Source of the DNA: an uncultured delta proteobacterium | GTDB lineage: Bacteria; Myxococcota; Myxococcia; Myxococcales; Myxococcaceae | NCBI GenBank assembly: GCA_963713045.1 | Contig: CAVQKE010000004.1 | Location: 768,001 to 832,000, forward strand | Reading direction: 5' to 3' | DNA: 64,000 bases | Part shown: one piece after another, positions 30,099 through 38,835 of the stretch | Position numbering within the stretch: the stretch's first letter is position 1 | How the letters are laid out: each line of letters starts with the position of its first letter | Made by a program: the position numbers and the translations under genes | The notes under the pieces: model-generated | The model's input: only the letters and a program-made list of their open reading frames with translations | Database searches by the model: none | Told to the model about the DNA's origin: nothing

Positions 30099-31500
30099 GC
30101 TGTTCCAGAAGCCCGCTGCCAGCCGCGGAGGTTGGAAGCGGCCCACCCAGATACGCCGCCTGTCGAAGGCCAAGCGCAAGTGAGGCCTGAACCAGAGCAA
30201 GCCTCTCGGCTTGTCGGAGGGCTTCGAGCGCTGCCTGCGTTCCGAACGGCACCACATCCTGGTTCTGGCCATTGGTGGGAAGACTTTGGATGCTGGCGGG
30301 AGTGGCGTAACGGCGCATCGCGCCGACGATCGCCGTGGCCGACAGGTTCACCCCAGCGAGTCCCGATTGCGCTCCGGGCTTGGCAGAGAGAAGGAGTGGG
30401 AGGCCTCCGTTGCGCGCCGGATCAAGGAGCAGATCGAGCTGCCGCTCTGCAAGGTTAGCGAGCTGGGTGAGCGCCAAGTTGAGCGCGTCGGAAACGAATG
30501 CGACCTGCTGGCCAAAGAAGTTTCCCCCGTGAATCACGCTCTTTTCATCTGGAAAAAACACCGGATTGTCGCTGACGCCGTTGAGGTCGTTGGTAATCAC
30601 CTGCTGCGCGTGGTTAACGGTCTCCTCGACCGCGCCAACCAGCTGCGGCACGCACCGCAGACTATAAGCTTCCTGTAGCGGCCGGTCCCGCTTCGCTGTC
30701 GAGCCTCGCAATAGTGCTTCCAGTTGCTGCGCCACCCTCTGCCCCGCAGGATGGCCTGCTAGTGCAAGCAGCTCGGGCGTGGTGAAACTTCCGGCCGCGC
30801 CGATTGTTTCCACCAGCAACGCTGAGAGTTCGAGAGTCACTGAGACGGCTCGGCGCGCGGAGGCGACTGCGAGTGAGGCTGCCGCAGCGGTCAACGAAGT
30901 GCCGTTGACCAGGGCCAGTGCGTCTCGCCCTTGGAGGACCAAAGGGCGCAGCCCGGCGCGCTCCAACGCCGCAGCGGCCGGAAGGCGTTCCTCGCCCAGG
31001 AATGCCTCGCCCTCACCGCAGAGCGCCGCTGCAGCATGTGCCAGAGGAGCGAGGTCTCCGCTGGCTCCAACGGACCCCCACTCAGGAACCGCCGGCGCCC
31101 AGGCGGTGGCGAGGGCGGCGCTCAGCGCGTCGAGGACCTCCACGCTGACCCCGGAGTGCCCCTGCCCCATTGACCAGGCTCGCGCTAGCAACATCGCCCG
31201 CGCGACGGCCGGCGAGAGCATGTCCCCCTGGCCGGTACGAAGGTGGTTGAGAAGCCCGCTCCCTTGAGCCAACGCATCGGCGGACGCACTGAACGACACC
31301 AGCGGGCCGAACCCGGTGGACAGTCCGTAGATTGCGTGGCCCGCCTCCGCATGCTCCTTCACGAAACGGGCGCAGCGTGCCACTCGATCACGGGCGAAAG
31401 TGGAAAAGGAAAGCATCATGGGATGCGCCGCGCCCTCAAGGTCCGAGGGCTTCAGCTGCCGCCGACCGTCGAAGTTCAGGCTGAGAGACGGAGGGCTCAT
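29989..31500 (-). CDS. Aromatic amino acid ammonia-lyase (MIO), likely tyrosine-specific
   Basis: IYGLSTGFG, GSVGASGDL, LVNGTS, QEAYSLRC, SDNP, HGGNF, NQD; specificity loop LLNHL. Confidence 0.9.
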   Translation of the reverse strand: MSPPSLSLNFDGRRQLKPSDLEGAAHPMMLSFSTFARDRVARCARFVKEHAEAGHAIYGLSTGFGPLVSFSASADALAQGSGLLNHLRTGQGDMLSPAVARAMLLARAWSMGQGHSGVSVEVLDALSAALATAWAPAVPEWGSVGASGDLAPLAHAAAALCGEGEAFLGEERLPAAAALERAGLRPLVLQGRDALALVNGTSLTAAAASLAVASARRAVSVTLELSALLVETIGAAGSFTTPELLALAGHPAGQRVAQQLEALLRGSTAKRDRPLQEAYSLRCVPQLVGAVEETVNHAQQVITNDLNGVSDNPVFFPDEKSVIHGGNFFGQQVAFVSDALNLALTQLANLAERQLDLLLDPARNGGLPLLLSAKPGAQSGLAGVNLSATAIVGAMRRYATPASIQSLPTNGQNQDVVPFGTQAALEALRQAERLALVQASLALGLRQAAYLGGPLPTSAAGSGLLEQLTAWVLPVDPDRPLGADVRRLVHELHARQRGAPDVS

Positions 31501-32801
31501 ACTTGATAAAAGAGAAGCTGGGCACGCTGCCTGGACACCTTTCCGGTCGGCGTCGTACACGCGCTCCAGAAGGCTTCCGGCATCAGGATGGGTTCTCGAT
31601 AGGGCACAGGGAGCGCAAAGGCCGGCGGCACCTCGCCTCTTAGCAGCAGCGGCTGGACAGCTTCGCGGCCCTGACCAATCAAGAGAACACGCCCGTCGTA
31701 CGGCCGCTCGAGTGGAACCGGGTTAACCATCCGCCCATTGTTGAGCTTGAAGAGCTCGTCTTTCCTTCCTTGAAAGACGAAGCCGTCACCAGAGCGCGTC
31801 GCGAGGTCGCCAGTTGCGCGCCAACCATCCGCCGACACAACGGGAATGAGCTCGTCGCCTTGCACATACCCCATGGCTAGATTGCGACCTCGCAGCGCAA
31901 GTTCGCCGACGGGTTCGCCTGAACTGAAGCGGAGAACCACCTCGCACCCGAGCGGACGTCCGAGGAAGTCATCGTGCTCCCACTCCCCGGCATTGCCGAG
32001 CGACGCGCCCGGGGAACACTCCGTCTGTCCGTACCCCACGCGAAGTTGAGTCGCTTGAAGGCGGCGCCGGAGTCGGCCTTGCACAGGCGCGCCACCCACG
32101 ATGCCCGACTGCACGTTGCCGAGCGACCGGTCGGCCAGGCGTTCGAGCATCCGGGGGACCGTAAAGAAACAGTCGCCTGGTGAGGCGTCGAAGGCTTCGG
32201 GAAAGGCAGCGGCAGGGATGGAACGAAGCGCTCCCTCGTACAGAAGCGCCATCAAGAGCTCGAGAGTGAACCCGAAGGCGTGGCTCCACGGAAGGTAGCC
32301 GGTGATGGCGTCGCCAGGGGCGTAGCCGAGCGCTGCATGGTGGGTGTCAGCCACATGCATGAGGGCTTCGGCTGAGACCGCCACTGGCCGGGCGGCTCCT
32401 GCGCTCCCGCTCGTGAACAAGATGATGGCCGGTATGCGGGTGGAGGCCGACGGTGATGAGGTTCCGATGGAATTCCAGCGAAGCCCCTCCCCCGGGGAGG
32501 TCACGGCGGTGGCGCCCGCAGCGCCAAGACGCTGCATCAGTTCTTCGCTCGAGACATCAGGGTGGACGGGAACGAAGGTCAGCTCGCGCTCGAGGCAGGC
32601 AATAAACGTCGCAACGAACTCTGAGCCATTGGGAAGGACCGCCGCGAGCCGGTCACCCCTTTTCAACCCCATTCGAACCAGGTCACGCCCGAGGGTCGTC
32701 GCGCGCGACCGCGGGTCGGAAGACCGAAATCCGGAGGCACTCGCCACAGACAGCTGACGCATGTCGGCGAGGCGATCGCAGAGCGTCAGCGTCGGAATCA
32801 T
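31497..32801 (-). CDS. AMP-dependent acyl-CoA/acyl-ACP ligase
   Basis: LFTSGSAG, GYGQTE, GWRATGDL, GRKDE, TPTGKV; stop overlaps the lyase start. Confidence 0.88.
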   Translation of the reverse strand: MIPTLTLCDRLADMRQLSVASASGFRSSDPRSRATTLGRDLVRMGLKRGDRLAAVLPNGSEFVATFIACLERELTFVPVHPDVSSEELMQRLGAAGATAVTSPGEGLRWNSIGTSSPSASTRIPAIILFTSGSAGAARPVAVSAEALMHVADTHHAALGYAPGDAITGYLPWSHAFGFTLELLMALLYEGALRSIPAAAFPEAFDASPGDCFFTVPRMLERLADRSLGNVQSGIVGGAPVQGRLRRRLQATQLRVGYGQTECSPGASLGNAGEWEHDDFLGRPLGCEVVLRFSSGEPVGELALRGRNLAMGYVQGDELIPVVSADGWRATGDLATRSGDGFVFQGRKDELFKLNNGRMVNPVPLERPYDGRVLLIGQGREAVQPLLLRGEVPPAFALPVPYREPILMPEAFWSACTTPTGKVSRQRAQLLFYQV

Positions 32802-33195
32802 CGCTTTGGAGCCTTACTTCCCGCGGTAGGGGCTTCCTCGCCCTGAACTGCACTTAACAGTTAGGCGGTTGTTGGCCGAGCTGCAAGTCGGCGACGGACG
32901 ACTCGCGCGCGATCTGAGCAACTCCAGGGAGTTGAGGTGCCTTTCGCAGTCATCGCCGGCAGGAATCCAGCGCGGCCAAGAGGAGAACCTAGGCGACGCT
33001 TCCCAGATGCGCGGATTGGAACATGAGCGTCGGGCTTCGACGGTGCAACTACCCGGATTCACGCAATTCGGAAGGCGACCGGGAACACACCGAGCGCAGC
33101 TGACCCTGGGTATCTAGTTTCTGAACGACCCAGGTGCGTTCGCCCAGTTCATACCTATCTTAAAAAGTTAGCCCCAGCGGGAACAAAGGATTTCT

Positions 33196-33432
33196 GTGCG
33201 ACTCGCCTCCGCGATTGTGAGCGCAGTGATGCTCTCGATGTGCCTCACCGGTCTCGGCTGTGTAACGTCCGACCCGGACCATCACGGGCCGGACGAGCAC
33301 TACGCCCATGCGGGGCCGCCGGTGCAGGAAGAGCATCACGACGGACGGGACGACCACCAACAGAACAACCCCCAACAGAACGACCATCAACAGAACGACC
33401 ACCAACAGAACGACCACCAACAGAACCAGTGA
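33196..33432 (+). CDS. Small lipoprotein with DHQQN repeats
   Basis: Hydrophobic signal with GLGC; His/Gln/Asn/Asp-rich tail. Confidence 0.6.
   Translation: MRLASAIVSAVMLSMCLTGLGCVTSDPDHHGPDEHYAHAGPPVQEEHHDGRDDHQQNNPQQNDHQQNDHQQNDHQQNQ
33352..33426 (+). repeat. Tandem repeat, 5 x 15 bp (GACCACCAACAGAAC)
   Basis: Five consecutive near-identical units. Confidence 0.9.
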
Positions 33433-33526
33433 GTGAACTTTTCCGGGGGTGAACTCGAGGTCACGCCCGCTCCTTCGATAACGAGGCATCCTCGATTACT
33501 TTTCTTACCAATCTAAGGAGCACCAA

Positions 33527-33799
33527 ATGACTCTCGAAACCTTCTTGCTGTGGGTTGTGATTGGCGCGGTCGCGGGCTTCCTTGCAAATGCGGTTGTCAA
33601 AAGCAGCTACGGCCTCGGCGCTGACGTCATCATTGGCGTGGTCGGCGCCTTCATCGGCGGCTGGCTCTTCCAAAGCATGCACTGGCATGCGCCGCTCGCG
33701 GGCGTCGCAGGCACCGTCGTCATCGCGTTCATCGGGGCCATTATTCTGCTGGTCGCGCTCCGAATGGTGCGCTCCGCCGGACGACCTAGGCGCGCATAA
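33527..33799 (+). CDS. GlsB/YeaQ/YmgE (transglycosylase-associated) membrane protein
   Basis: W.VIGAVAGFLA, DVIIGVVGAFIGGWL, AFIGAIILL; AAGGAG RBS. Confidence 0.9.
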   Translation: MTLETFLLWVVIGAVAGFLANAVVKSSYGLGADVIIGVVGAFIGGWLFQSMHWHAPLAGVAGTVVIAFIGAIILLVALRMVRSAGRPRRA

Positions 33800-33907
33800 G
33801 GTTTCGAGGCGACCGACGTGGTGCTGCCCTAAATCGTGAGGGCGCCATGTCCTACTGTCTCGCGTGCGGCAGAAGCGGCTCTCGCTATCCGCGGGCCGAC
33901 TAGCGTC

Positions 33908-34315
33908 TCAGCCACTGCTCGAACGTCTCGTCGCTGCTCGCTCCCGAGCACGCTTCTGGAGCGCATCGAACTCCATCTGAAACGCTGCCAGGTCCTCTTC
34001 GGGCAGCCCCTCGCAGCCCAGGAAGACATTCCGCGCCGACTCCGTGGCTCGGATGAGCTCGTCCAGCTTGAGTTGGAGTGCGTGAGTGTCATTGTTTTGC
34101 GAGGATTGGATAACGAAGACCATCCAGAACGTGACAACGGTCGTACTGGTATTGATTATGAGCTGCCAGGCGTCCGAGAAGTGGAACAGTGGTCCGCTCA
34201 AGCCCCACACCAGGACCACTGCCACGGACAGCACGAAGGCGGAGGGCCGACCTGCGGCATTTGAGGCGCTGCGCGCGAAGGAGCGAAACCAGTCGTTCGA
34301 ATGTTTGCTTTCCAT
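33908..34315 (-). CDS. Low-affinity iron permease family protein
   Basis: GPLFHFSDAWQLIINTSTTVVTFWMVFVIQSSQN.D..ALQLKLDELIRA. Confidence 0.9.
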   Translation of the reverse strand: MESKHSNDWFRSFARSASNAAGRPSAFVLSVAVVLVWGLSGPLFHFSDAWQLIINTSTTVVTFWMVFVIQSSQNNDTHALQLKLDELIRATESARNVFLGCEGLPEEDLAAFQMEFDALQKRARERAATRRSSSG

Positions 34316-34459
34316 GGGCCCACCTCTTGACGACGGGACCTGACAGCCTCTGGGGGTCTCCTATGATGCACACGGGAGTGATGGTGACCAGGACGATGGT
34401 CACGTCACCGGCCGAGCAAGGTTTCAGGCTGTAAGGAGGAAGGCTTCGGACGCGCTGGC
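34307..34459 (-). repeat. Segment X copy A (153 bp), inverted relative to 37052-37204
   Basis: Reverse complement near-identical to 37052-37204; contains the RBS and ATG of the iron permease. Confidence 0.92.
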
Positions 34460-34464
34460 AGTCA

Positions 34465-35129
34465 CGCGAAGAAACAGCCATCAGCAATGCCAACCTCGTC
34501 GAATGACGACTGATGCGCCCGGCTGATTTCGCTCGGATTGAAAATGGAGCGCGACTCGGCTGCGAGTCCTCTTGCCAAAGATCCAGCCAGTGACCATCTA
34601 CATCACATATGGTGGGGAGAGTCGAAACCGCAGGGGGAATGGCCTCTTTCCGGAGCCCGCGGATGACGTGCTCCCCTTTGAGTCGTGCTTGGCTTCCGAT
34701 GGACGAGGCGCGAAGCCTGTGGGTTCGTCTGCGAGCCCCCTTTGCGCGGCGGCGTTTTTCGGACGACCTCGAACGCTTCAGGTCCTTCGTGCGGTCCTTC
34801 TCGACGGAAGGCCGCCGGCCGCTCGAAGACGGCGAAAGTCGGGCGATGGCAGACGATGCCGTCCTGCTCGGGTTGCTGGACGTCGAGGCTGTGTTTTCCA
34901 GCGTCGCAACTCGGCCGGCGAGTTTGCGAACCGTCCCTGGGTACCGACGAAAGCACGTCACCTTCTGTTTTCGGGAATGGCTTGTCCTCCATGAACTGCA
35001 CCTCAAGTCCGGTCCGGTGCGACGAGCCCGAGGCGCTGTTGGCAAAGGGGCAGGCCCAAGCTGACGGCAGCCAACGCGGCCGTTCGGCAGAATAGCGCCA
35101 CCCAGTCTCTGCCGCGTGCATCTGGTGAG
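34465..35129 (+). repeat. Segment Y copy A (~665 bp direct repeat of 37204-37867)
   Basis: Near-identical sequence with scattered substitutions and a 1-bp indel. Confidence 0.93.
34662..35064 (+). CDS. Hypothetical protein in repeat Y (copy A)
   Basis: ORF conserved in both copies, GGAG upstream; no recognised motif. Confidence 0.4.
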
Positions 35130-35582
35130 AAGTGAATCTTGGAACTGCAGGCGTGCAAAATTCGTGACGATGCGCTCTCGCACAGGCGACCGCGCTGACG
35201 TGCTCATGGCTCAGTCGCTGTTGCTCTTTCGAGAGGCTCGAGCACCGGAAACTCGCGCGAAGCGGATCACGGGTGGCTGACAGCACCGATGCCGCTTTTT
35301 CAGGACTGACAGTCATTCCTGCCAGTCATTAGTGACAAGACACCGGGGTCTCCGGGTGGTGGCCCATGCTATTCGACCAGTTCCTTCACCTGAACTCAGC
35401 TCCGAGGTTGTCACATCGGGCACTTGAGCAGCCGAGCGGAGTTGGTTCAACGGTTGGGCCGTGCTGGTGCACCTTAGCTGAGGCTGTCGCGGCCATTGAG
35501 CGGCCGGGGCGCTGCGGAGGGCGACCACCCAGTCCAGCTCGGCTACGCGACGCCCGGCAGCTCGGATCCTCCGGCGCCAAGT

Positions 35583-35611
35583 TTGATGTTCCATGCCCGA
35601 TTTGGCATAGT
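35583..35611 (+). promoter_or_regulatory. Putative TA promoter with operator palindrome
   Basis: TTGATG-N17-CATAGT enclosing the inverted repeat ATGCC-cgattt-GGCAT (35593-35608). Confidence 0.55.
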
Positions 35612-35618
35612 CTCCTCG

Positions 35619-36029
35619 GTGGAATCGACCCCACTGACAATCATCAAGCCGCTCGTTTGGGTTTCGAGCAGCCGGGAGGACCTCAAGAGGTTTCCCAGCG
35701 AAGTGCAACGAAGCATGGGATACGCCCTGTACCTGGCTCAGGCTGGCAAGAAGCACCCCGATGGGAAACCTCTGAAAGGGTTTGGCGGGGCGGGCGTCGT
35801 CGAGGTTGTGGAGGACTTCGACGGAAACGCCTACCGAGCGGTCTACACGGTGAAGCTGGCTGGCGTCGTTTACGCTCTCCACGCCTTCCAGAAGAAGTCG
35901 ACGAAGGGAGCCAAGACCTCCCCAGCCGAAATCGCCAAAGTGAGAGCGAGGTTGAAGCTGGCTGTGGAGATTCACGCCCAGCGGCGCACCAAGGCAGAGC
36001 GCAAGGAGAAATCAGATGAAGAGAAGTAA
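35619..36029 (+). CDS. Type II TA toxin, RelE/ParE (Gp49/HigB-like)
   Basis: KPLVW..SSREDL..FP.EVQ..MGYAL..AQ.G, KPLKGFGGAGV.EVV, YRAVY, LHAFQKKS. Confidence 0.9.
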   Translation: MESTPLTIIKPLVWVSSSREDLKRFPSEVQRSMGYALYLAQAGKKHPDGKPLKGFGGAGVVEVVEDFDGNAYRAVYTVKLAGVVYALHAFQKKSTKGAKTSPAEIAKVRARLKLAVEIHAQRRTKAERKEKSDEEK

Positions 36030-36345
36030 CTATGAGATCAGCAGTGGAAACGTCTTCGCCGATTTGGGGCTCGATGCTCCTGAAGAGGCCTTGGCCAAAG
36101 CGGAGCTGACCGCCAAAATCTCCGCAATAATCGAGGCCAAGGGACTGACCCAGGCGGCCGCCGCCAAGGTACTTGGCATTGACCAGCCCAAGGTATCGGC
36201 GCTCCTTCGTGGCAAGCTCTCCGGTTTCTCAACGGGCAGGTTGATTAGGTTTCTTAACGCTTTGGGCCAGGACGTGGAGATCGTCGTCAAGGAGCGCCGC
36301 CCACAAAGTCGCGGGCTTGGTCATCTCCAGGTCGTGGTGGTTTGA
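36016..36345 (+). CDS. Type II TA antitoxin, XRE HTH (HigA-like)
   Basis: SSGNVFADLG, LTQAAAAKVLGIDQPKVSALLRG, FS..RL. Confidence 0.9.
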   Translation: MKRSNYEISSGNVFADLGLDAPEEALAKAELTAKISAIIEAKGLTQAAAAKVLGIDQPKVSALLRGKLSGFSTGRLIRFLNALGQDVEIVVKERRPQSRGLGHLQVVVV

Positions 36346-36389
36346 GATCAGAGCCGCCCCTACCTCCTCTCGTGTCGCTCGGTATGCTG

Positions 36390-36602
36390 CGACGGATGTC
36401 TTCCAAGTCCTCCTCCTCACCGCCGCTCTCCCGCTTCGCGTCCGGGAGCGCGCGCGAATAGCGCACGAGCTTTCTTCTTGGCCTCAACAACCGCGTCGAT
36501 GCCGGCGCCGCCGGCGCGTGGATCGCCGAGTTGGAGAAGCGGGTGCGCGAAGTCCGTTCCGGCGCAGTCTCCACGGAGGACTGGACAAACATCCTCGCCT
36601 GA
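36390..36602 (+). pseudogene. Addiction-module antitoxin component (TIGR02574-like), frameshifted
   Basis: AALPLRVRERARIAHEL / LLGL...AWIAELEKRVREVRSGAVSTEDW; no toxin follows. Confidence 0.65.
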
Positions 36603-37004
36603 CTCAGAGGTGGTGGCACCGGTCAGACGGCGGGGCGCGCCTTGTAGTAGAGCTGATGAAGCAAACCGTCGATGAGGGACACGCTTCGAGTCTGCTGAAG
36701 CATCTCGTCGATGTCCTCAAGAAGCATCGACACTGACTGCCGAGGTTCGTTCCCGACGAAGTTCCCCGCCGCATCGTGCTTCGGAAAGAGCCAGTTGATT
36801 TGGAACGGCGGTAACTTCTTCCAGGCGGTCCTCGAGCGCTGGACGCGGCTGTACTTATTGAGGAGGAAGACAGAGATCTCCGCACCCGCGTCCTGTCCTC
36901 GGGAGACCGAACGAACTGGAGAAACTGGTGAGCCACGAGCTAGCGCCACCATGGATCCGAAGGCTGGCAGACAAATGCCGATGCAGACGTGCTAGCTGTT
37001 CCTC

Positions 37005-37046
37005 CGTTCGAATCGCGCCGGGGTCACTTCCTCCAAGTCTTTGGAG
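37005..37046 (+). repeat. tRNA-Arg 3' end, att-like copy 3, plus trailer
   Basis: 38/41 identical to 4926-4966; ends in the CTCCAA/TTGGAG hairpin. Confidence 0.85.
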
Positions 37047-37051
37047 TCGCG

Positions 37052-37204
37052 GCCAGCGCGTCCGAAGCTTTCCTCCTTACAGCCTGAAACCTTGCTCGGC
37101 CGGTGACGTGACCATCGTCCTGGTCACCATCACTTCCGTGTGCATCATAGGAGACCCCCAGAGGCTGTCAGGTCCCGTCGTCAAGAGGTGGGCCCATGGA
37201 AAGC
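37052..37204 (+). repeat. Segment X copy B
   Basis: Inverted copy of 34307-34459, joined directly to Y. Confidence 0.92.
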
Positions 37205-37867
37205 GCGAAGAAACAGCCATCAGCAATGCCAACCTCGTCGAATAACGACTGATGCGCCGGCTGATTTCGCTCGGATTGAAAATGGAGCGCGACTCGGCTG
37301 CGAGTCCTCTTGCCAAAGAACCAGGCAGTGACCATCTACACCACGCATGGTGGGGAGAGTCGAAACCGCAGGGGGAATGGCCTCTTTCCGGAGCCCGCGG
37401 ATGACGTGCTCCCCTTTGAGTCGTGCCTGGCTTCCGATGGACGAGGCGCGAAGCCTGTGGGTTCGTCTGCGAGCCCCCTTTGCGCGGCGGCGTTTTTCGG
37501 ACGACCTCGAACGCTTCAGGTTCTTCGTGCGGTCCTTCTCGACGGAAGGCCGCCGGCCGCTCAAAGACGGCGAAAGTCAGGCGATGGCAGACGATGCCGT
37601 CCTGCTCGGGTTGCTAGACGTCGAGGCTGTGTTTTCCAGCGTCGCAACTCGGCCGGCGAGTTTGCGAACCGTCCCTGGGTACCGACGAAAGCACGTCACC
37701 TTCTGTTTTCGGGAATGGCTTGTCCTCCATGAACTGCACCTCAAGTCCGGTCCGGTGCGACGAGCCTGAGGCGCTGTTGGCAAAGGGGCAGGCCCAAGCT
37801 GACGGCAGCGAACGCGGCCGTTCGGCAGAATAGCGCCAGCCAGTCTCCGCCGCGTGCATCTGGTGAG
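37204..37867 (+). repeat. Segment Y copy B
   Basis: Direct repeat of 34465-35129. Confidence 0.93.
37400..37769 (+). CDS. Hypothetical protein in repeat Y (copy B)
   Basis: Paralog of 34662-35064, shorter by a CGA/TGA difference. Confidence 0.4.
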
Positions 37868-38192
37868 CGGCCTTCCGTCACAACCTCCTGAGTGCTCTAG
37901 GCGGCTGTGGGCGCCCTGCGACCCCTTGTCGCAGTTTGCCTCATCTCGTCATGTGGCGATGACACAGTCCATTGCTCTTCGCTGCACAAGTTCTGCGCGG
38001 GCTTTTGGCCCTCATCCTGCATGGCCCCCGCCCACTACCAGGGCTGCTTAAATGCTGACACGCCGGAAGCCGAAGAAAGCTGTCTTTAGGAAGAGATACT
38101 CCTGTCGGATGAGCTGAGCTTTGACTCCAACGAGGTCGATGAAGAGTTGGAATGCGTCCGAGTTGTCATCGAGCTTCCGGAGGAGGTGGAGC

Positions 38193-38410
38193 ATGCCTGA
38201 GAGCGTCACGAAGCCGAAAGCGGCCGCTGCGAAGCGACGGGGGAATAAAGTTTCCACACGGCGGGGGCCTACGTAGCTGAAAACATGCGCCATAAGCACT
38301 CTCAGAAGCACGGGCGAATGTCTAAGAAGCAAGCCATCGCCATTGGGCTCTCGAAGGCACGCAAGGCCGGCGTTCGGTTGCCGAAAGCGGGCCGCTCCGC
38401 ACTGAAGTAG
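38193..38410 (+). CDS. DUF6496-like small basic protein; 1-bp frameshift near 38262
   Basis: KQAIAIGLSKARKAG motif; GGAGGAGG RBS; frames join across the G5 run. Confidence 0.65.
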
Positions 38411-38469
38411 AGTCTGAGCAGGGGGGAGCACTCTGCTAACTGAGGCCTAGCGCAACGAGGGAGGATTGC

Positions 38470-38835
38470 ATGGGTCGCGCGGTCATCCACTTCGAAATCG
38501 GCTGTCGAGACCGCGATAAAACGGAAGCCTTCTACGGGAAGCTCTTCGATTGGCGCATTGAAAGAGCAGGCCCCGCGGGAGTGATTTCGACCGCTAGTGG
38601 TCGTGGAATTCAAGGTCACATTAGTTCGCTCGGCCATGAACCTCACAATTACGTCAACATCTACGTCGAGGTTGAGAACCTTGAAGCCTATTTGGCTCGC
38701 GCATCGGAGCTCGGTGCAAAGACTGTCGTCGGGCCCGTGCCCATTCCTCAGGGTCGATTTGCATGGATCGCCAATCCCGAAGGAACAATCATCGGTTTGA
38801 TGGAGCCGACTCGAGGGGCCGGCGAGCCTTCCTAA
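38470..38835 (+). CDS. VOC/glyoxalase family protein
   Basis: VIHFEI, AFYGKLFDW, Y.EVENLE, GRFAWIANPEGTIIGL. Confidence 0.9.
   Translation: MGRAVIHFEIGCRDRDKTEAFYGKLFDWRIERAGPAGVISTASGRGIQGHISSLGHEPHNYVNIYVEVENLEAYLARASELGAKTVVGPVPIPQGRFAWIANPEGTIIGLMEPTRGAGEPS

Noticed and set aside
29989..32801. Photoactive yellow protein chromophore pathway (TAL + coumarate ligase)
   Set aside because: No PYP/PAS gene nearby; the PKS context explains the pair better
33352..33426. CRISPR array
   Set aside because: Contiguous 15-bp coding repeats without spacers; no cas genes in the window
36623..36952. ORF of 109 aa between TA locus and att copy 3
   Set aside because: No recognisable motif or clear start; probably a gene fragment
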